Shown in pieces: positions 17,670-29,070 of a stretch of DNA of 64,000 nt (its first letter is position 1; every line of letters starts with the position of its first letter). The stretch comes from an uncultured Candidatus Saccharibacteria bacterium (lineage in GTDB: Bacteria > Patescibacteriota > Minisyncoccia > Phycocordibacterales > PALSA-1337), in the NCBI GenBank assembly GCA_964412585.1, contig CAYPPJ010000006.1, forward strand, positions 31 through 64,030. Reading direction: 5' to 3'. The notes below the pieces were generated by a model. It had not been told where the DNA came from, searched no databases, and worked only from the letters and a program-made list of their open reading frames with translations. The translations under genes were made by a program, and so were the position numbers.

Positions 17670-20378
17670 CTATTTCTGCCCTACCATCTTTGGCATCACG
17701 ATTGGGCTTTCACCTTTGTGTTTCTTTTTGACCTCAAAGGTAAATTCGGCAGCGCCTCCTTCTTTTGTGTTCTTTGGCATCGGTTTGACACCGACCTCAA
17801 CAGTCCCGCCCTTGGCTACTTCCTGACTAATGAGCAGATTGGCAACCGGTGTAAGTATTTTGGTCTGAATCAGACGCTTGAGTGGACGCGCACCGAACTG
17901 TGGATCATAACCTTCCTTGGCCAAATATTCATACACGGTCGGCAGCAATACGAGATCAATAGACTTTTCAGCCAAACGCTTGACCACCTGATCAACTTGG
18001 ATCTTGACGATGTCCTTTATTGCCTCCGGCGAGAGAATATCGAAAATAATCGTATCATCAACACGATTCAAAAACTCCGGACGGAAATAATCTTTGAGTG
18101 AAGATAGTATTTTATTCTTGGCCTCAATATAGTTTTCCTTGTCTCGATTACCTGAAGTATGCGAGAAGCCAAGTTTCTCCATGCGATCAATATGTTGTGC
18201 GCCAATGTTCGAGGTCATGATGATGACAGTATTGCGGAAATTGACCACACGACCCTTTGAATCAGTGAGACGTCCGTTGTCCAGAACTTGCAGGAGTACG
18301 TTGAAAACTTCTGGATGAGCTTTTTCAATCTCATCAAAGAGAATGACGGCGTACGGACGGTGGCGAACCATCTCAGTGAGACCTCCCGCCTCGTCATAGC
18401 CAACATATCCTGGAGGCGCACCGATGAGTTTCGAGACGGAATGCTTTTCCATGAATTCAGACATGTCGACGCGAATGAGCGACTTTTCGTCATTGAACAA
18501 AAATTCTGCCACAGCTTTGGTAAGCTCAGTCTTTCCGACACCAGTCGGTCCAAGGAAGATAAACGAGCCGATCGGACGGTTCGGGTCAGCGATACCTGCG
18601 CGCGAACGGCGGATGGTATCTGAGATCTTCTTGACGGCTTCATCTTGTCCGACAATACGCTTCTTGAGCTCTTCATCCATGCGGGTCAACTTGTGTGCCT
18701 CAGACTCCAACATGCGCGAAACAGGAATACCCGTCCAACGAGCGACCACGCCAGCGATATCCTCGGCATTGATCTCTTCTTTGAGGATACGGCGGGACGA
18801 CTGAAGTTTTTTGAGACGCTTGCTCTTTTGGTCAAGATCTTTTTCGAGCGCGGGGATAGTGCCATAGCGAATCTCCGCAGCCTTGGAAAGATCGGCACGC
18901 GCCTCAGCCATCTCGGCCTCCACGCGGAGTCCCTCGAGTTCTTTCTTGATGCGCTTGATGTCACCAATAGTTTCTTTTTCATTTGTCCATTTGAGCTCAA
19001 GCTCAGACGTACTTTCTTTGAGATCCGCGATCTCCTTTTCTATCTTGGCCATGCGTGCCTTGGCAACTTTGTCAGTCTCCTTCTTGAGAGCTTCGCGCTC
19101 TATTTCTAGACGCATAATCTTGCGGCGCGTCTCTTCCAATGCTGGTGGCATATTTTCGAGCGAAATGCGCAATGAAGAAGCGGCCTCATCTACGAGGTCG
19201 ACAACTTTGTCTGGTAGGAATCGATCGGTGATGTAGCGGCTCGCCAAGGTTACAGCAGCGACAATCGCGTCATCAGTGATGCGAACGCCGTGGAACAGCT
19301 CATATTTTTCTTTGATGCCACGGAGAATAGCGATGGCATCTTCGACTGATGGTTCGTTGACGAACACCGGCTGGAAGCGACGGGTAAGCGCAGGATCTTT
19401 TTCGATATGTTTCTGATACTCCTTGAGTGTCGTAGCACCAATTGCGCGAAGTTCACCGCGTGCGAGTGCAGGTTTCATCATGTTTGAAGCATCCATTGAG
19501 CCTTCTGAGGCACCAGCACCAACAAGTGTGTGCATCTCGTCAATAAAGAGAATGATCTTGCCATCTGCTTTCTCAACTTCTTTCAAAATGTTTTTGAGAC
19601 GCTCTTCGAACTCACCACGATACTTTGTACCGGCAATGAGCGAACCAAGATCGAGCGAGACCAATTCCTTGTCTTTGAGCGACTCAGGAATATCGCCTTG
19701 TGCCATACGAAGTGCCAAACCTTCAGCAATAGCGGTCTTTCCTACTCCCGCTTCACCAATGAGGATCGGGTTGTTTTTGGTACGACGTGAGAGGATCTGG
19801 ATAATGCGCATGATCTCACTGTCGCGACCAATAACAGGATCGAGTTTGTTTTCTTTGGCAAGTTTGGTGAGTGAACGCGCGTACTTGTAGAGCGTGCGGA
19901 ACTTTTTTGGCTCCGACTCCTGTGATGGCGGATTTTTCTTGAGCTCCTCGATGATCTTGATAACTGCATCACGCTCTATTTTGAAGCGGGACAGAATATC
20001 GCGAGCAACACATGGTACGTCGAATATGGATAGAAAAATGTGTTCGGTCGAAATAAACTCTTCCTTCATGGTTGAAACCACGCGGAGTGAGTTGTCGAGA
20101 ATCTGTGCAAGATCAGGGGTCAGGTAGATCTGATAGGACGGGGAAAGGACGTTTGAGCCATCTGGCGACTCGATGTGTTCAAGAACAACGTCAGTGAGAA
20201 CTGCGGTATCGACTTCCATTTTATCCAAAATCGAGGTTACCATGCTCTCTTCCTGGAGGATGAGGGCGCACAAAAGATGCACAGGATTGACATGGTTTTG
20301 GCCACGTTCTATGGCCAATTCATGGGCTCTGCGCAAGGCTTCTCGGGCTTTTGTAGTGAGTTTATTCAGAGGAGGCAT
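17670..20378 (-). CDS. clpB: ATP-dependent chaperone ClpB.
   Basis: Two AAA modules (GEAGVGKT..., [12 protein letters not shown]), middle coiled-coil domain, Clp N-domain, about 900 aa. Confidence 0.9.
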   Translation of the reverse strand: MPPLNKLTTKAREALRRAHELAIERGQNHVNPVHLLCALILQEESMVTSILDKMEVDTAVLTDVVLEHIESPDGSNVLSPSYQIYLTPDLAQILDNSLRVVSTMKEEFISTEHIFLSIFDVPCVARDILSRFKIERDAVIKIIEELKKNPPSQESEPKKFRTLYKYARSLTKLAKENKLDPVIGRDSEIMRIIQILSRRTKNNPILIGEAGVGKTAIAEGLALRMAQGDIPESLKDKELVSLDLGSLIAGTKYRGEFEERLKNILKEVEKADGKIILFIDEMHTLVGAGASEGSMDASNMMKPALARGELRAIGATTLKEYQKHIEKDPALTRRFQPVFVNEPSVEDAIAILRGIKEKYELFHGVRITDDAIVAAVTLASRYITDRFLPDKVVDLVDEAASSLRISLENMPPALEETRRKIMRLEIEREALKKETDKVAKARMAKIEKEIADLKESTSELELKWTNEKETIGDIKRIKKELEGLRVEAEMAEARADLSKAAEIRYGTIPALEKDLDQKSKRLKKLQSSRRILKEEINAEDIAGVVARWTGIPVSRMLESEAHKLTRMDEELKKRIVGQDEAVKKISDTIRRSRAGIADPNRPIGSFIFLGPTGVGKTELTKAVAEFLFNDEKSLIRVDMSEFMEKHSVSKLIGAPPGYVGYDEAGGLTEMVRHRPYAVILFDEIEKAHPEVFNVLLQVLDNGRLTDSKGRVVNFRNTVIIMTSNIGAQHIDRMEKLGFSHTSGNRDKENYIEAKNKILSSLKDYFRPEFLNRVDDTIIFDILSPEAIKDIVKIQVDQVVKRLAEKSIDLVLLPTVYEYLAKEGYDPQFGARPLKRLIQTKILTPVANLLISQEVAKGGTVEVGVKPMPKNTKEGGAAEFTFEVKKKHKGESPIVMPKMVGQK

Positions 20379-20465
20379 ACGGGGTTATAGTACTATGAAA
20401 ATAGCCACAAGGTCAAATATGACCCTATTTACAAGTTAGCTGGAACTGGCGTCTAGATTTATTAT

Positions 20466-22751
20466 TTACTTTGCTACCTTCACCGCTTCATCAAACTGGA
20501 TCGAGAGTAGTCGTGATGCTCCATCAGAACCCATGGTAACTCCATACAAAACTCCAGCACGCGACATGGTCTCGCGGTTGTGTGTAATCAGAATCAACTG
20601 GGATTGTTTTGAAAGATTTTCAATCATATCTCCATACTTCTTTGAGTTCGCCTCATCAAGTGCCGCGTCAGTTTCATCAAGGATAATAAATGGTGGTGGA
20701 TTGACTTGGGAGACAGCAAAAAGAAGTGCGATAGATGTCAGCGCTCGTTCACCACCAGAGAGCATCATCAAACCCTTCACTTTCTTGCGGGGCAGGCTGA
20801 CATTAACCTCCAATCCTTCTGGACCCTCTTCAGTACCTGATTCTCCGGACATGTCGCCCTCCGTACTCCCTGCTCCGTACTCCGTACTTCCTGCACTCAA
20901 CGCATCACTCAAATCTTCCACATCACTCTTCTTTCGGCGCTTCACTTCTTTGACCACGGTAAGCTCAGCTTTACCGCCACCAAACATCAATGAAAAATAT
21001 TTCTGGAACTCCGTGTTTATTTTGAGAATGCCACTTTTGAATTCATAATCGATACGCACATCGAGATCAGCGATGAGGGCGAGCAATTCTTTCTTTGCCT
21101 TATCCAAATCCTCGAGCTCACGCGCCAAAAATGCATCACGCTCCTCGGTCTCTTTGTATTCCTTCATGACTTCCTGACCACCAGCAGCACCCGAGTCTTC
21201 GAGACGGATCTTGATCTTCTCGATCTGCTTGCGACACTGCTCCTGTGCCTCTCGAGTACGTTCGTGAACTTTCGGCAGATCATAGGTCACCGCATCCCTT
21301 CCTACCATGATGCCTGCCTCACCCAGTTCGCGCTTGAACGCTTCTTCTTCGTGCGAAATAGAATTGAGCGCCACAGTCAGATTGCCCACCACATGTCGAA
21401 CTTCATTTTGACGCGCAATGATACGAAAGACATCCTTTTCCGCATCTCGATTTGTATCTTTTTCACGTTCGATAGTCTGCTTGAGTTCAGCATACTCCTG
21501 AACATATTTGGCTTCCTTTTCAGAAAAATCAGCCAGTTTCGACTCAAGATGAGAACGTTCCTTTGAAAGCTTCGTAATCTCTTGTTCCATATCACTGATC
21601 AGCGCAGAATCAGTATTGGAGCGATGGCGAGCCACAAAACCTTTCAGTGCCGCTATCACCTCATTGAATAGGCGCTTCACATCATCGATAGTTCCGAATG
21701 ATTCAACTGTACGTATGACCTCTTCAACATCTTTGAGATAAACCGTACGAGACTCTTCACTCTTGAGGCGTGACTCTTCTTTTTCGATCGCCCTCTTGTT
21801 GGCTGAAATTTCACCTTCAATGCGACCGAGTTCGCGACCGATAGTATCTTTCTCCGCTCGCGTCTGTGCCAGTTTGCCTTCAAGTGCAATAACTTCATCA
21901 CTCTTCCTATCTTTATTTTTTGAATCAACCAGTATTTTCTTGGCGCGCTCGAGTTCACGTTCCAACTCAACCAACTCTTTTTTGGGACCAGAAATCTCCG
22001 CGTTCATGCGGTCTTTTTCGGTACGTATATAAATATCCTCGTGCGCAAAATAGTCCTTGTACAACGCGACAAGTTCCCTGCGCATCTCTTCTGCTTTTTC
22101 TACCTTCTCAACCTGTTTCTTCAAAAAGCGTAAGTGTGGGGCAATCTCGCGTCGTAGTGATGCAACACGCTCCATGTTCTCATCGGTACGTTCGAGCTTG
22201 CGGATGCTTTCCAACTTCTTCCACTGATAGATCTTGAGACCGAGTGCATCCTCGATCATTTCGCGTCGCTCACGAATCGATGCGGAAAGGATACGATCTG
22301 CTTCTCCTTGGGAAATAATATGATGACCTGTCGCACCAATATGTGCAGTGGCGAGTAACTCAACAATATCTTTGAGACGAACCTGGGAACCATTCAGAAA
22401 ATATTCATTGGTGTTATCGCGGTGGACGACACGCTCGATCGAGACCTCATCAAAGTCGATACCCTGGAATAGTTTCTGTGTATTATCAAAAACGAGTTTG
22501 ACGCTGGCACGATTTGCCCTACTCGCCGCTGCCGGACCATCCCCACCACCGTTCCAGATCATGTCTTCTCCACGCTTGCCACGCAGAGACTTGATTGACT
22601 GTTCACCCAACACAAAACGAAAGGCTTCGGCAGTGTTCGATTTACCCGAGCCATTGGGACCCACCACACCGGTAATAGGAGTATTGAATGTCAAAGAAGC
22701 CTTCTTTGCGAAGGATTTGAAACCGGCGAGTTCGAGGCTCTTCAGATACAT
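20466..22751 (-). CDS. SMC/RecN-like coiled-coil ABC ATPase; short (761 aa) with no recognisable hinge.
   Basis: N-terminal GPNGSGKSN Walker A, long coiled coil, C-terminal LSGGE signature and ILDETDAALD Walker B. Confidence 0.6.
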   Translation of the reverse strand: MYLKSLELAGFKSFAKKASLTFNTPITGVVGPNGSGKSNTAEAFRFVLGEQSIKSLRGKRGEDMIWNGGGDGPAAASRANRASVKLVFDNTQKLFQGIDFDEVSIERVVHRDNTNEYFLNGSQVRLKDIVELLATAHIGATGHHIISQGEADRILSASIRERREMIEDALGLKIYQWKKLESIRKLERTDENMERVASLRREIAPHLRFLKKQVEKVEKAEEMRRELVALYKDYFAHEDIYIRTEKDRMNAEISGPKKELVELERELERAKKILVDSKNKDRKSDEVIALEGKLAQTRAEKDTIGRELGRIEGEISANKRAIEKEESRLKSEESRTVYLKDVEEVIRTVESFGTIDDVKRLFNEVIAALKGFVARHRSNTDSALISDMEQEITKLSKERSHLESKLADFSEKEAKYVQEYAELKQTIEREKDTNRDAEKDVFRIIARQNEVRHVVGNLTVALNSISHEEEAFKRELGEAGIMVGRDAVTYDLPKVHERTREAQEQCRKQIEKIKIRLEDSGAAGGQEVMKEYKETEERDAFLARELEDLDKAKKELLALIADLDVRIDYEFKSGILKINTEFQKYFSLMFGGGKAELTVVKEVKRRKKSDVEDLSDALSAGSTEYGAGSTEGDMSGESGTEEGPEGLEVNVSLPRKKVKGLMMLSGGERALTSIALLFAVSQVNPPPFIILDETDAALDEANSKKYGDMIENLSKQSQLILITHNRETMSRAGVLYGVTMGSDGASRLLSIQFDEAVKVAK

Positions 22752-22952
22752 GGTATGCGCCTTCTATTATAGCGATAAGCGAGGATTTATAAAAGTTGGC
22801 TTTTAGGAAGCAGCCGCACATGTGTGCACATGACCGCCGTTTATTGACTAATTTGCAAAAAGTTGTAGTGTGACAACTAGGGTCCTTTGACATTTGCCAA
22901 GGACATATACAAAGGAATGCGGGAAACATAACAAACAACCTACGAGGTTAAT

Positions 22953-24029
22953 ATGCAAAGTAATAAGAAAAGCTGCGCAGTCCGCGTTGCGTGCCTGCTC
23001 ATGGTACTATTCGCACTGGTCATCTGTCTCTTCATGAGCAGTGAAGTCGGGCTCGAGAATTTCATTGAACATCTCTGGCCAAACGGATATTTGTACGAGT
23101 GGTGGATCGTGGCGGCCGTGATTGTGATTTTTGCCGCCGGTACCATCTGGGCGTTCCGCCCATTATGGACGGAAAAACGACGTCGAAACGACCCGGTTTC
23201 ACGTGTTTCGACATGTGCAATCATTGCGGTACTCTCATCCGCCATGGTCATGATGCCGGTATATGCGACCCCTTCGGCCGATGCTTCAGTCATAGATTAC
23301 AGCTTCCAATATGAACTCTATGGGTACCTGCCCGAGGGTTTGCCCCTCAATGGGGTGGGCTCGCCCAGTGCCCTGCTCTATGGGCCGACCGATGAACATA
23401 ATCTGACTGTTGTATGTGCCGTCGTAGTGGTCGTGACGGTAACGGTCGTTGCCGGAGTCGCCTATGTGACCTACAAGATTATCAAAGCCTGCGATGGCAT
23501 CAGCAAGAAAAAGAAGAAGCAGTTGGAGGACAACGATCCTGATGGGGGCACAAACACATCATCTACGGTCTCGGCATCATTTGTCATTGGATATGTCCCG
23601 CCAACGACAGCCGACAATGCCAACTGCGACTGCGCACAGCCGCCATTCAATTTCAACTTTGGTGGCGCATCCGCAGTCGCGACGAATCTCTCAGCATACG
23701 TCCCTGACCAAGAAAAGGCAGCAGATCTCGACTCATATTTGACACGGAAAGGGCTTTCAACAAACCGGGTTGGTAGCAGTTTCTCCATAGGCAATCAGAC
23801 GGTAGATTCTCTGGCAGGCCTACCGGTTCAAGTTGCTTACCACAACGGAGTCATCGTCGTATCAATTGATGGCAAAACAAACACTGCTACAACCACAATT
23901 GAATACTCGAGTGACCTCACAAGCTGGCGCACACTCGGCGCCATATCAGTACCTGTCGGAACTCGTATCAACGTCGGCGATAGCGTTACTGACAGATCCG
24001 GTCCGCAAGGATTCTGGCGAGTACGCTGA
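22953..24029 (+). CDS. Multi-pass membrane protein, hypothetical.
   Basis: Several hydrophobic helices and a Lys run KKKKQ. Confidence 0.45.
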   Translation: MQSNKKSCAVRVACLLMVLFALVICLFMSSEVGLENFIEHLWPNGYLYEWWIVAAVIVIFAAGTIWAFRPLWTEKRRRNDPVSRVSTCAIIAVLSSAMVMMPVYATPSADASVIDYSFQYELYGYLPEGLPLNGVGSPSALLYGPTDEHNLTVVCAVVVVVTVTVVAGVAYVTYKIIKACDGISKKKKKQLEDNDPDGGTNTSSTVSASFVIGYVPPTTADNANCDCAQPPFNFNFGGASAVATNLSAYVPDQEKAADLDSYLTRKGLSTNRVGSSFSIGNQTVDSLAGLPVQVAYHNGVIVVSIDGKTNTATTTIEYSSDLTSWRTLGAISVPVGTRINVGDSVTDRSGPQGFWRVR

Positions 24030-24111
24030 CCCATTGGGCATGCACACCTTGAGTACTTGGCAAAAATTGGGTAGAGGACGGCTGTCGCGAGGCGGCCGTC
24101 CCTTTTATTAA

Positions 24112-24810
24112 TTACCACCCCTTCACCTCCAGAGCCTTCTCAGCCGCTTGCTGTTCCGCCTCTTGTTTGGACTGCCCCGTCCCAGAAGCAACTTGGACAT
24201 CCTTGAGAAAAACCCCCAGAGTAAACTTTTTATCATGGTCCGGCCCAACTTCCTTGAGTGTCTTATAGGACGGCGTCACTCCTTCTTTTTCTTGTGCTTT
24301 CTCCTGAAAACGGCTTTTGGCATCTATCCACAATTTTTTGCTTATAATCTCCTCAATATCGATAACCTCGAGCACTCGCTCTGAAATAAAATTTGCGGCA
24401 GCATTGTATCCTTGATCCATATAGATAGCGCCGATAACTGCCTCCACGGCATTGGCGAGAATGATCGAACGCGCACGGCCCGTGTCCTTGGCTTCACCTT
24501 TTGAGAGTAAAATGAACTGATTGAGTCCTAGATGTTCAGCAACCTTGATCAAACTCATCGTATTTACTATTGCAGATCGGAATGCTGTAAGCTCGCCTTC
24601 CTGCTTTTTTGGATATTTGCGGAAGAGATAGCTGGTGACCACCAATTCCAACACCGCGTCACCGAGAAATTCGAGACGTTCGTTGTGCTCCAAGCCTGCG
24701 CCTTTATTTTCATTTAAAAAGGAACGGTGCGTGCACGCAGTCCGGAGTGTGGTGATATCGCGGAATTCCACCCCGATTTTTTTTGCTAATTTTTCTATTG
24801 TTTCAATCAT
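24112..24810 (-). CDS. rnc: Ribonuclease III.
   Basis: ERLEFLGDAVLELVV signature; C-terminal dsRBD. Confidence 0.9.
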   Translation of the reverse strand: MIETIEKLAKKIGVEFRDITTLRTACTHRSFLNENKGAGLEHNERLEFLGDAVLELVVTSYLFRKYPKKQEGELTAFRSAIVNTMSLIKVAEHLGLNQFILLSKGEAKDTGRARSIILANAVEAVIGAIYMDQGYNAAANFISERVLEVIDIEEIISKKLWIDAKSRFQEKAQEKEGVTPSYKTLKEVGPDHDKKFTLGVFLKDVQVASGTGQSKQEAEQQAAEKALEVKGW

Positions 24811-24832
24811 GGGATGAAAACACTCTCACTTT

Positions 24833-25732
24833 CTATTTTCCCTCACTGACAATCTGAACGGCTTTGGTAACAATCGGTAGAATATCGTTATAAAAATTGA
24901 GTTCGAGGATATCGGCAAGCTTGAACCATTTTGCATCATCAAGGCCTGGCTTCTTTGCCAACTGCAGTTCCGTAAACTTCGACTCTGCGAGATAATAATG
25001 AACCTGTTTGCGAATCTTGCCAATTTCAGGATCGTTGGCAATGTATTCATTCTGACCGAGATCAGCAATAATCTTCACATCCAAACCAATCTCTTCTTTC
25101 ACCTTGTTGATAGTCCCCTGATCAGGCTCAATGCCTTCGGGAATCTTTCCTTTCGACAACGTCCAGTGACCAAACACATCATGAACAAAGGCGAAATAGA
25201 CTTGGTCACCATCCCATCCGTAGACAACTGCGCCACCAAGATGCTGGATTGGCATCTGTTCGTACGGCACATCAACTTTCTTTTTCTTTGCAGGCTGTGC
25301 ATCCTTGCCCGGTTCACCGAGCTCCTTGTAGACAGCACCGAGCACACCGTTGACAAAGCGACCACTGGTCTCACCGCCAAATGTTTTGGCGAGCTCGATA
25401 GATTCGTTGATAGCGACTTTTGCAGGAACTTCTGAACGATCTGAGAAAAGAAGCTCGTAGAGTCCGAGGCGTAGTACATTGCGATCTACGGGAGAAATCT
25501 TGTCGAGTGGCCAATCTGGCGCAGCCTTGGTAATGATGTCGTTGAGATCTTGTTTCTTCGCCAAAATACCCTTCAACAGAACCTCCATGAAGGAAATATC
25601 AGTTACGCCTGGAGCAAACTCCTTTGCATTGCGTGCGACAATAGTACTCGCGGTCTCATCATGTTGACCACGAGCATCCCACTCGAAGAGGGACTGTAAG
25701 ACGACTGAACGTGATAAGTGTCTATTGGCCAT
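24833..25732 (-). CDS. nusB: NusB-like N-terminal domain fused to a C-terminal NUDIX hydrolase domain.
   Basis: N-terminal 140 aa NusB-like (RSVVLQSLFEWD...). C-terminal GKIPEGIEPDQGTINKVKEEIGL is a Nudix box (Gx5Ex7REUxEExGU-like). Confidence 0.55.
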   Translation of the reverse strand: MANRHLSRSVVLQSLFEWDARGQHDETASTIVARNAKEFAPGVTDISFMEVLLKGILAKKQDLNDIITKAAPDWPLDKISPVDRNVLRLGLYELLFSDRSEVPAKVAINESIELAKTFGGETSGRFVNGVLGAVYKELGEPGKDAQPAKKKKVDVPYEQMPIQHLGGAVVYGWDGDQVYFAFVHDVFGHWTLSKGKIPEGIEPDQGTINKVKEEIGLDVKIIADLGQNEYIANDPEIGKIRKQVHYYLAESKFTELQLAKKPGLDDAKWFKLADILELNFYNDILPIVTKAVQIVSEGK

Positions 25733-25853
25733 GATTTAGATAAAGAACAATTGTATGTACGCTATAGATTTATGATTCAAGATTTAATCCTATATGTATA
25801 ATAGCTTAAACCCTCAATCTTATACCCAGACTCTCAAGTATCAGCGAACCGAA

Positions 25854-26072
25854 CTATTTCTTGGTAGCCTCTGCCTTTTTTGCTTTCTTCGCAACCTTGG
25901 CTGCAAGATTGAGGACCTTGCGACCATTATACCATCCACAGTTCATGCAGAGAGTATGGCTCTTGTGAGCAACACCACAGTTTCCGCACTTTGAAACACG
26001 CCCTGCAGTGAGTGCGTGATGTGAACGGCGGTTGCCGGTGTGACTCCTTGTTGAACGCATGCGTACTACCAT
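25854..26072 (-). CDS. rpmF: 50S ribosomal protein L32 (zinc-ribbon form).
   Basis: MRSTRSHTGNRRSHHALT N-terminus, CGNCG...CMNCG. Confidence 0.75.
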   Translation of the reverse strand: MVVRMRSTRSHTGNRRSHHALTAGRVSKCGNCGVAHKSHTLCMNCGWYNGRKVLNLAAKVAKKAKKAEATKK

Positions 26073-26310
26073 GGAAAAGAGTATGACATATTCATAGATT
26101 TTTCGCAAATTAATCACTCATCCATGCAGGCTTCAGACATAATTTGCCAATCTGCGTCAAATGCGGTACATTGTTTTGGCAACGCGTGTAAGTATTTCGC
26201 CAACGCGCGCTTGAATTCTTTATCTGTCACGCTTTGCGCCCATATATACATATAGGCGCTTCGCTCGAATGTGATGCGAGTGTAGGAACACTCGCGCCAC
26301 ATTCTCACTC

Positions 26311-26383
26311 GCGCCCATAGCTCAGTTGGTAGAGCAGATCCCTCTTAAGGATAAGGTCGTAGGTTCGATCCCTACTGGGCGCA
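26311..26383 (+). tRNA. tRNA-Lys(CTT).
   Basis: GCGCCCA acceptor, D-arm GCTCAGTTGGTAGAGC, anticodon loop CT-CTT-AA, T-arm GGTTCGATCCC, 3' TGGGCGCA. Confidence 0.75.
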
Positions 26384-26513
26384 CAATACAAGGACATATA
26401 ATCAGACAGTCCACAATCCCCATCTTGACATGGTTATATACTCATGCTACTTTTCGAAATGGATTTCATACACTGAATTCGACTCCCCAAAACCCCAACC
26501 CCCGTTTGAACTA

Positions 26514-26921
26514 ATGAAAGACAAAATTCTCGTACTCGGCTCCACTAACATTGGCCGTGTAATCGAATCCGCTCTTGGCACCACTTTTGGAGTCACCACA
26601 CTCCCCATCAACAATGGCTTCGACGGTATGCAGGCACGACACATGTTGCTGTCTGAACCGAACATCAGAAAAGTGTTTGTTGTGCCCAACAACGGACAAT
26701 TGTGTGACGGTCTCAAGACGGTTATCGCCGACGCGCAAAAACGCCGCAAGCCCTGCACCGTCCTTGCTGATGCAGGTTGTAGTGCATCAGGATCACTTCG
26801 GGATCAATCCGAACGTGTTGGCGCCAACTTCGTGAGCGGTGACATCGACCGGGAAACTATCGTCGCGCTCGCCACATCGTCAGTTGCTCAGGCATCTCAT
26901 TTGCCCCATGTGACACATTAG
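26514..26921 (+). CDS. Hypothetical protein with a receiver-like (CheY-like) fold pattern but lacking the phospho-acceptor Asp residues.
   Basis: KILVLGS...VFVVPNNG pattern; weak call. Confidence 0.3.
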   Translation: MKDKILVLGSTNIGRVIESALGTTFGVTTLPINNGFDGMQARHMLLSEPNIRKVFVVPNNGQLCDGLKTVIADAQKRRKPCTVLADAGCSASGSLRDQSERVGANFVSGDIDRETIVALATSSVAQASHLPHVTH

Positions 26922-27103
26922 CCGGTCTCACACACTGCACAGTTTTATTGTTCTTTATGATTGGATAGGTAGACCAAGGCTCGCCAGGCACATGTCAGGC
27001 GGGTTTTTTATTTGTATATAAAGACTTGACTATATTATATATGTGAAGTAAAAATACAACTGAATTTAATGATAGTCATGGAGTTCACAACCGAAAGGCA
27101 CAC

Positions 27104-27832
27104 ATGAATCCCCAGCACCCCACGGAGCTTCATGTTGGAGCTCCGTACATGGATATTATCCCGACCGCTGATGGAGGGTTTCTCTTCACTTGGTCGGGAC
27201 CGCATCTGTATCAAGAAGTTTTCTTGAGCATGCACACAACGTTCCTGCAATGCGAACGAGGAATGTTCATCAGACTCAGCACACCAGCTTCACAGGGTAC
27301 TATCCGTATTGATCGAACCCTGTCCAAGCTTGTTGCACAATACGGCACCATTGAAATGCTCCACATTACCGTCATTGCAGGAGCAACGGTTGCGAATATA
27401 TCAATGTTCTACCAGAACCTTGATCGTTACCGTGCGCATTTGTTTACCTACGAAATGGCTGGCCTCAAGCAGCGTATGGGTGAACAGGCACGCGTGTTTT
27501 ACGAAACCTACCTTGAACCTCCAAAAGTTAAGACCGCAACAACGGTAACTACTAATGGACACGGTGATACTCGAGCGTCTCTCATGAGGTGCCTTTTGGC
27601 CAACATGGCATTCATCGGGATACTTCTCGGCTGGTCGTTGCGAAACCATCACTTACTAAAGCAGCCCGAACAACGAAAGCGAGCACTCCGCAGAGTTGCT
27701 CGATTACGGCGATCTCGCAAGAAGCCAACATCAGCCGCAAAACTAGGCAAACTGGTGGCTTCTCGACGAAAAGCTCTTCGCAAAAAAACACCTCAAAAAC
27801 GTCGTCCGCTACTCGCTATGCGTACCACATAA
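27104..27832 (+). CDS. Hypothetical protein with a central TM helix and a strongly basic C-terminal tail; high-GC island gene 1.
   Basis: FIGILLGWSL TM; RRVARLRRSRKKP...KRRPLL tail; own terminator. Confidence 0.45.
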   Translation: MNPQHPTELHVGAPYMDIIPTADGGFLFTWSGPHLYQEVFLSMHTTFLQCERGMFIRLSTPASQGTIRIDRTLSKLVAQYGTIEMLHITVIAGATVANISMFYQNLDRYRAHLFTYEMAGLKQRMGEQARVFYETYLEPPKVKTATTVTTNGHGDTRASLMRCLLANMAFIGILLGWSLRNHHLLKQPEQRKRALRRVARLRRSRKKPTSAAKLGKLVASRRKALRKKTPQKRRPLLAMRTT

Positions 27833-27833
27833 G

Positions 27834-27860
27834 CAGACCCTCCACCGAGGGTCTTTTTTA
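27834..27860 (+). terminator. Rho-independent terminator.
   Basis: AGACCCTC-CACC-GAGGGTCT hairpin followed by a T-run. Confidence 0.6.
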
Positions 27861-28008
27861 TACTTGACAGAATACTTTAAATATGCTAGTATATAACAAA
27901 AGTTTAACATTGCTGTTTGAATCTCTATACAAACCGTAGAGAGACAGCAACATTCATATGGCAGTAATGCCACGTTGAGTGCAACCCGCACATTCGGAGC
28001 CACATACC

Positions 28009-28806
28009 ATGAAAAAGATCCAACCGGCCGGAAAGGCCGAAACCAAACCCACTCGCCGCAGTCGCAAAGTAGTTGCAAAGGCATCCTCGACCCGTCGTCC
28101 CTCGAAAGAAAAAACGGAAAAAACGACGCCAGAGTTCCCTGCTTACGACGAAGATGCGTGGAAGTGGATGGCGGAGCAGTCAATCCCTGGAGCTTACTCG
28201 CCGATTATGTACATCGGCGTGGAAGTTTCCCACCAGATCTCGGCAATTCTCGGTCGTCCGATGACGCTCGAGGAAGCCCAGTACTTGGTGAAGATTGATG
28301 GCGACTTCGTTAAATGCGCCTATACGGGAACTGAGTTCCAGCCCGTCGAGTACGTCTTCCGGGTCCCCCCGGGACTCAAGGATAAGCTCGCCGCAGGGGC
28401 AAAGTTGACAGAAGTCGAACTCGTAACTGGGGGCGCCTTCTACTTCAACAAAGGCAAGGGTGAAATGATGCCGTTGAGCGGGTCGGTCTTCGAGTATGAT
28501 CGCCGAGCGCAAGCCTACCGCTGGTGCATGTCCAGTCCGCTGGTCATTGCCGCCAACGAGGCACGAAAGATTACCGGCCACATGAAGTGGGGCGCGCCCT
28601 CACATCAGATCAGCAAAATCATGAATGCACGGCAGGAAAACCGTGAGCGTCATGAAAAGATTGCCGGACTGATGAATGAGGTGTTTGCACCTCGCCGCGA
28701 CAGCCGCTTCGGCATCGGGAAGGAAGCCAAGGGAGAGCTGGGCAAGCTCAAGCTCCGTCATCGTAATGGTCGCCGGCAACGGCACCATGAAGTCACGGAG
28801 GACTAA
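28009..28806 (+). CDS. Hypothetical protein with a basic N-terminal region; high-GC island gene 2.
   Basis: ORF in a GC-rich segment; antisense ORFs are judged GC artefacts. Confidence 0.45.
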   Translation: MKKIQPAGKAETKPTRRSRKVVAKASSTRRPSKEKTEKTTPEFPAYDEDAWKWMAEQSIPGAYSPIMYIGVEVSHQISAILGRPMTLEEAQYLVKIDGDFVKCAYTGTEFQPVEYVFRVPPGLKDKLAAGAKLTEVELVTGGAFYFNKGKGEMMPLSGSVFEYDRRAQAYRWCMSSPLVIAANEARKITGHMKWGAPSHQISKIMNARQENRERHEKIAGLMNEVFAPRRDSRFGIGKEAKGELGKLKLRHRNGRRQRHHEVTED

Positions 28807-29070
28807 ACGCTTCGAAACCTTGTGAATTAAGGTACAAATAGAATAACCCAGCTCCAGATGAATCACCGTCTGGAGCTAAACCTTTTATACTGAAGAACCT
28901 ATATTCTTAGCCCTCCTTTTTATATAAATATTTTATGATAATAGGCTTGACAAACCTATTGAATATGTTATAATTGTAAACGTACCTGAAGACTTGATTG
29001 AAACGACTTTTGAAAACAAACCCTTGCCTGAAGACTTAGAGCTTTAGGCAGCATCCCAGAAAGAAAAAAC

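Noticed and set aside
26114-26308. 64-aa minus-strand ORF upstream of rpmF, a possible YceD/DUF177 position.
   Set aside because: It is far too short for DUF177 (about 170 aa), has no conserved Cys motifs, and its 5' end overlaps the tRNA-Lys promoter region. Left uncalled.
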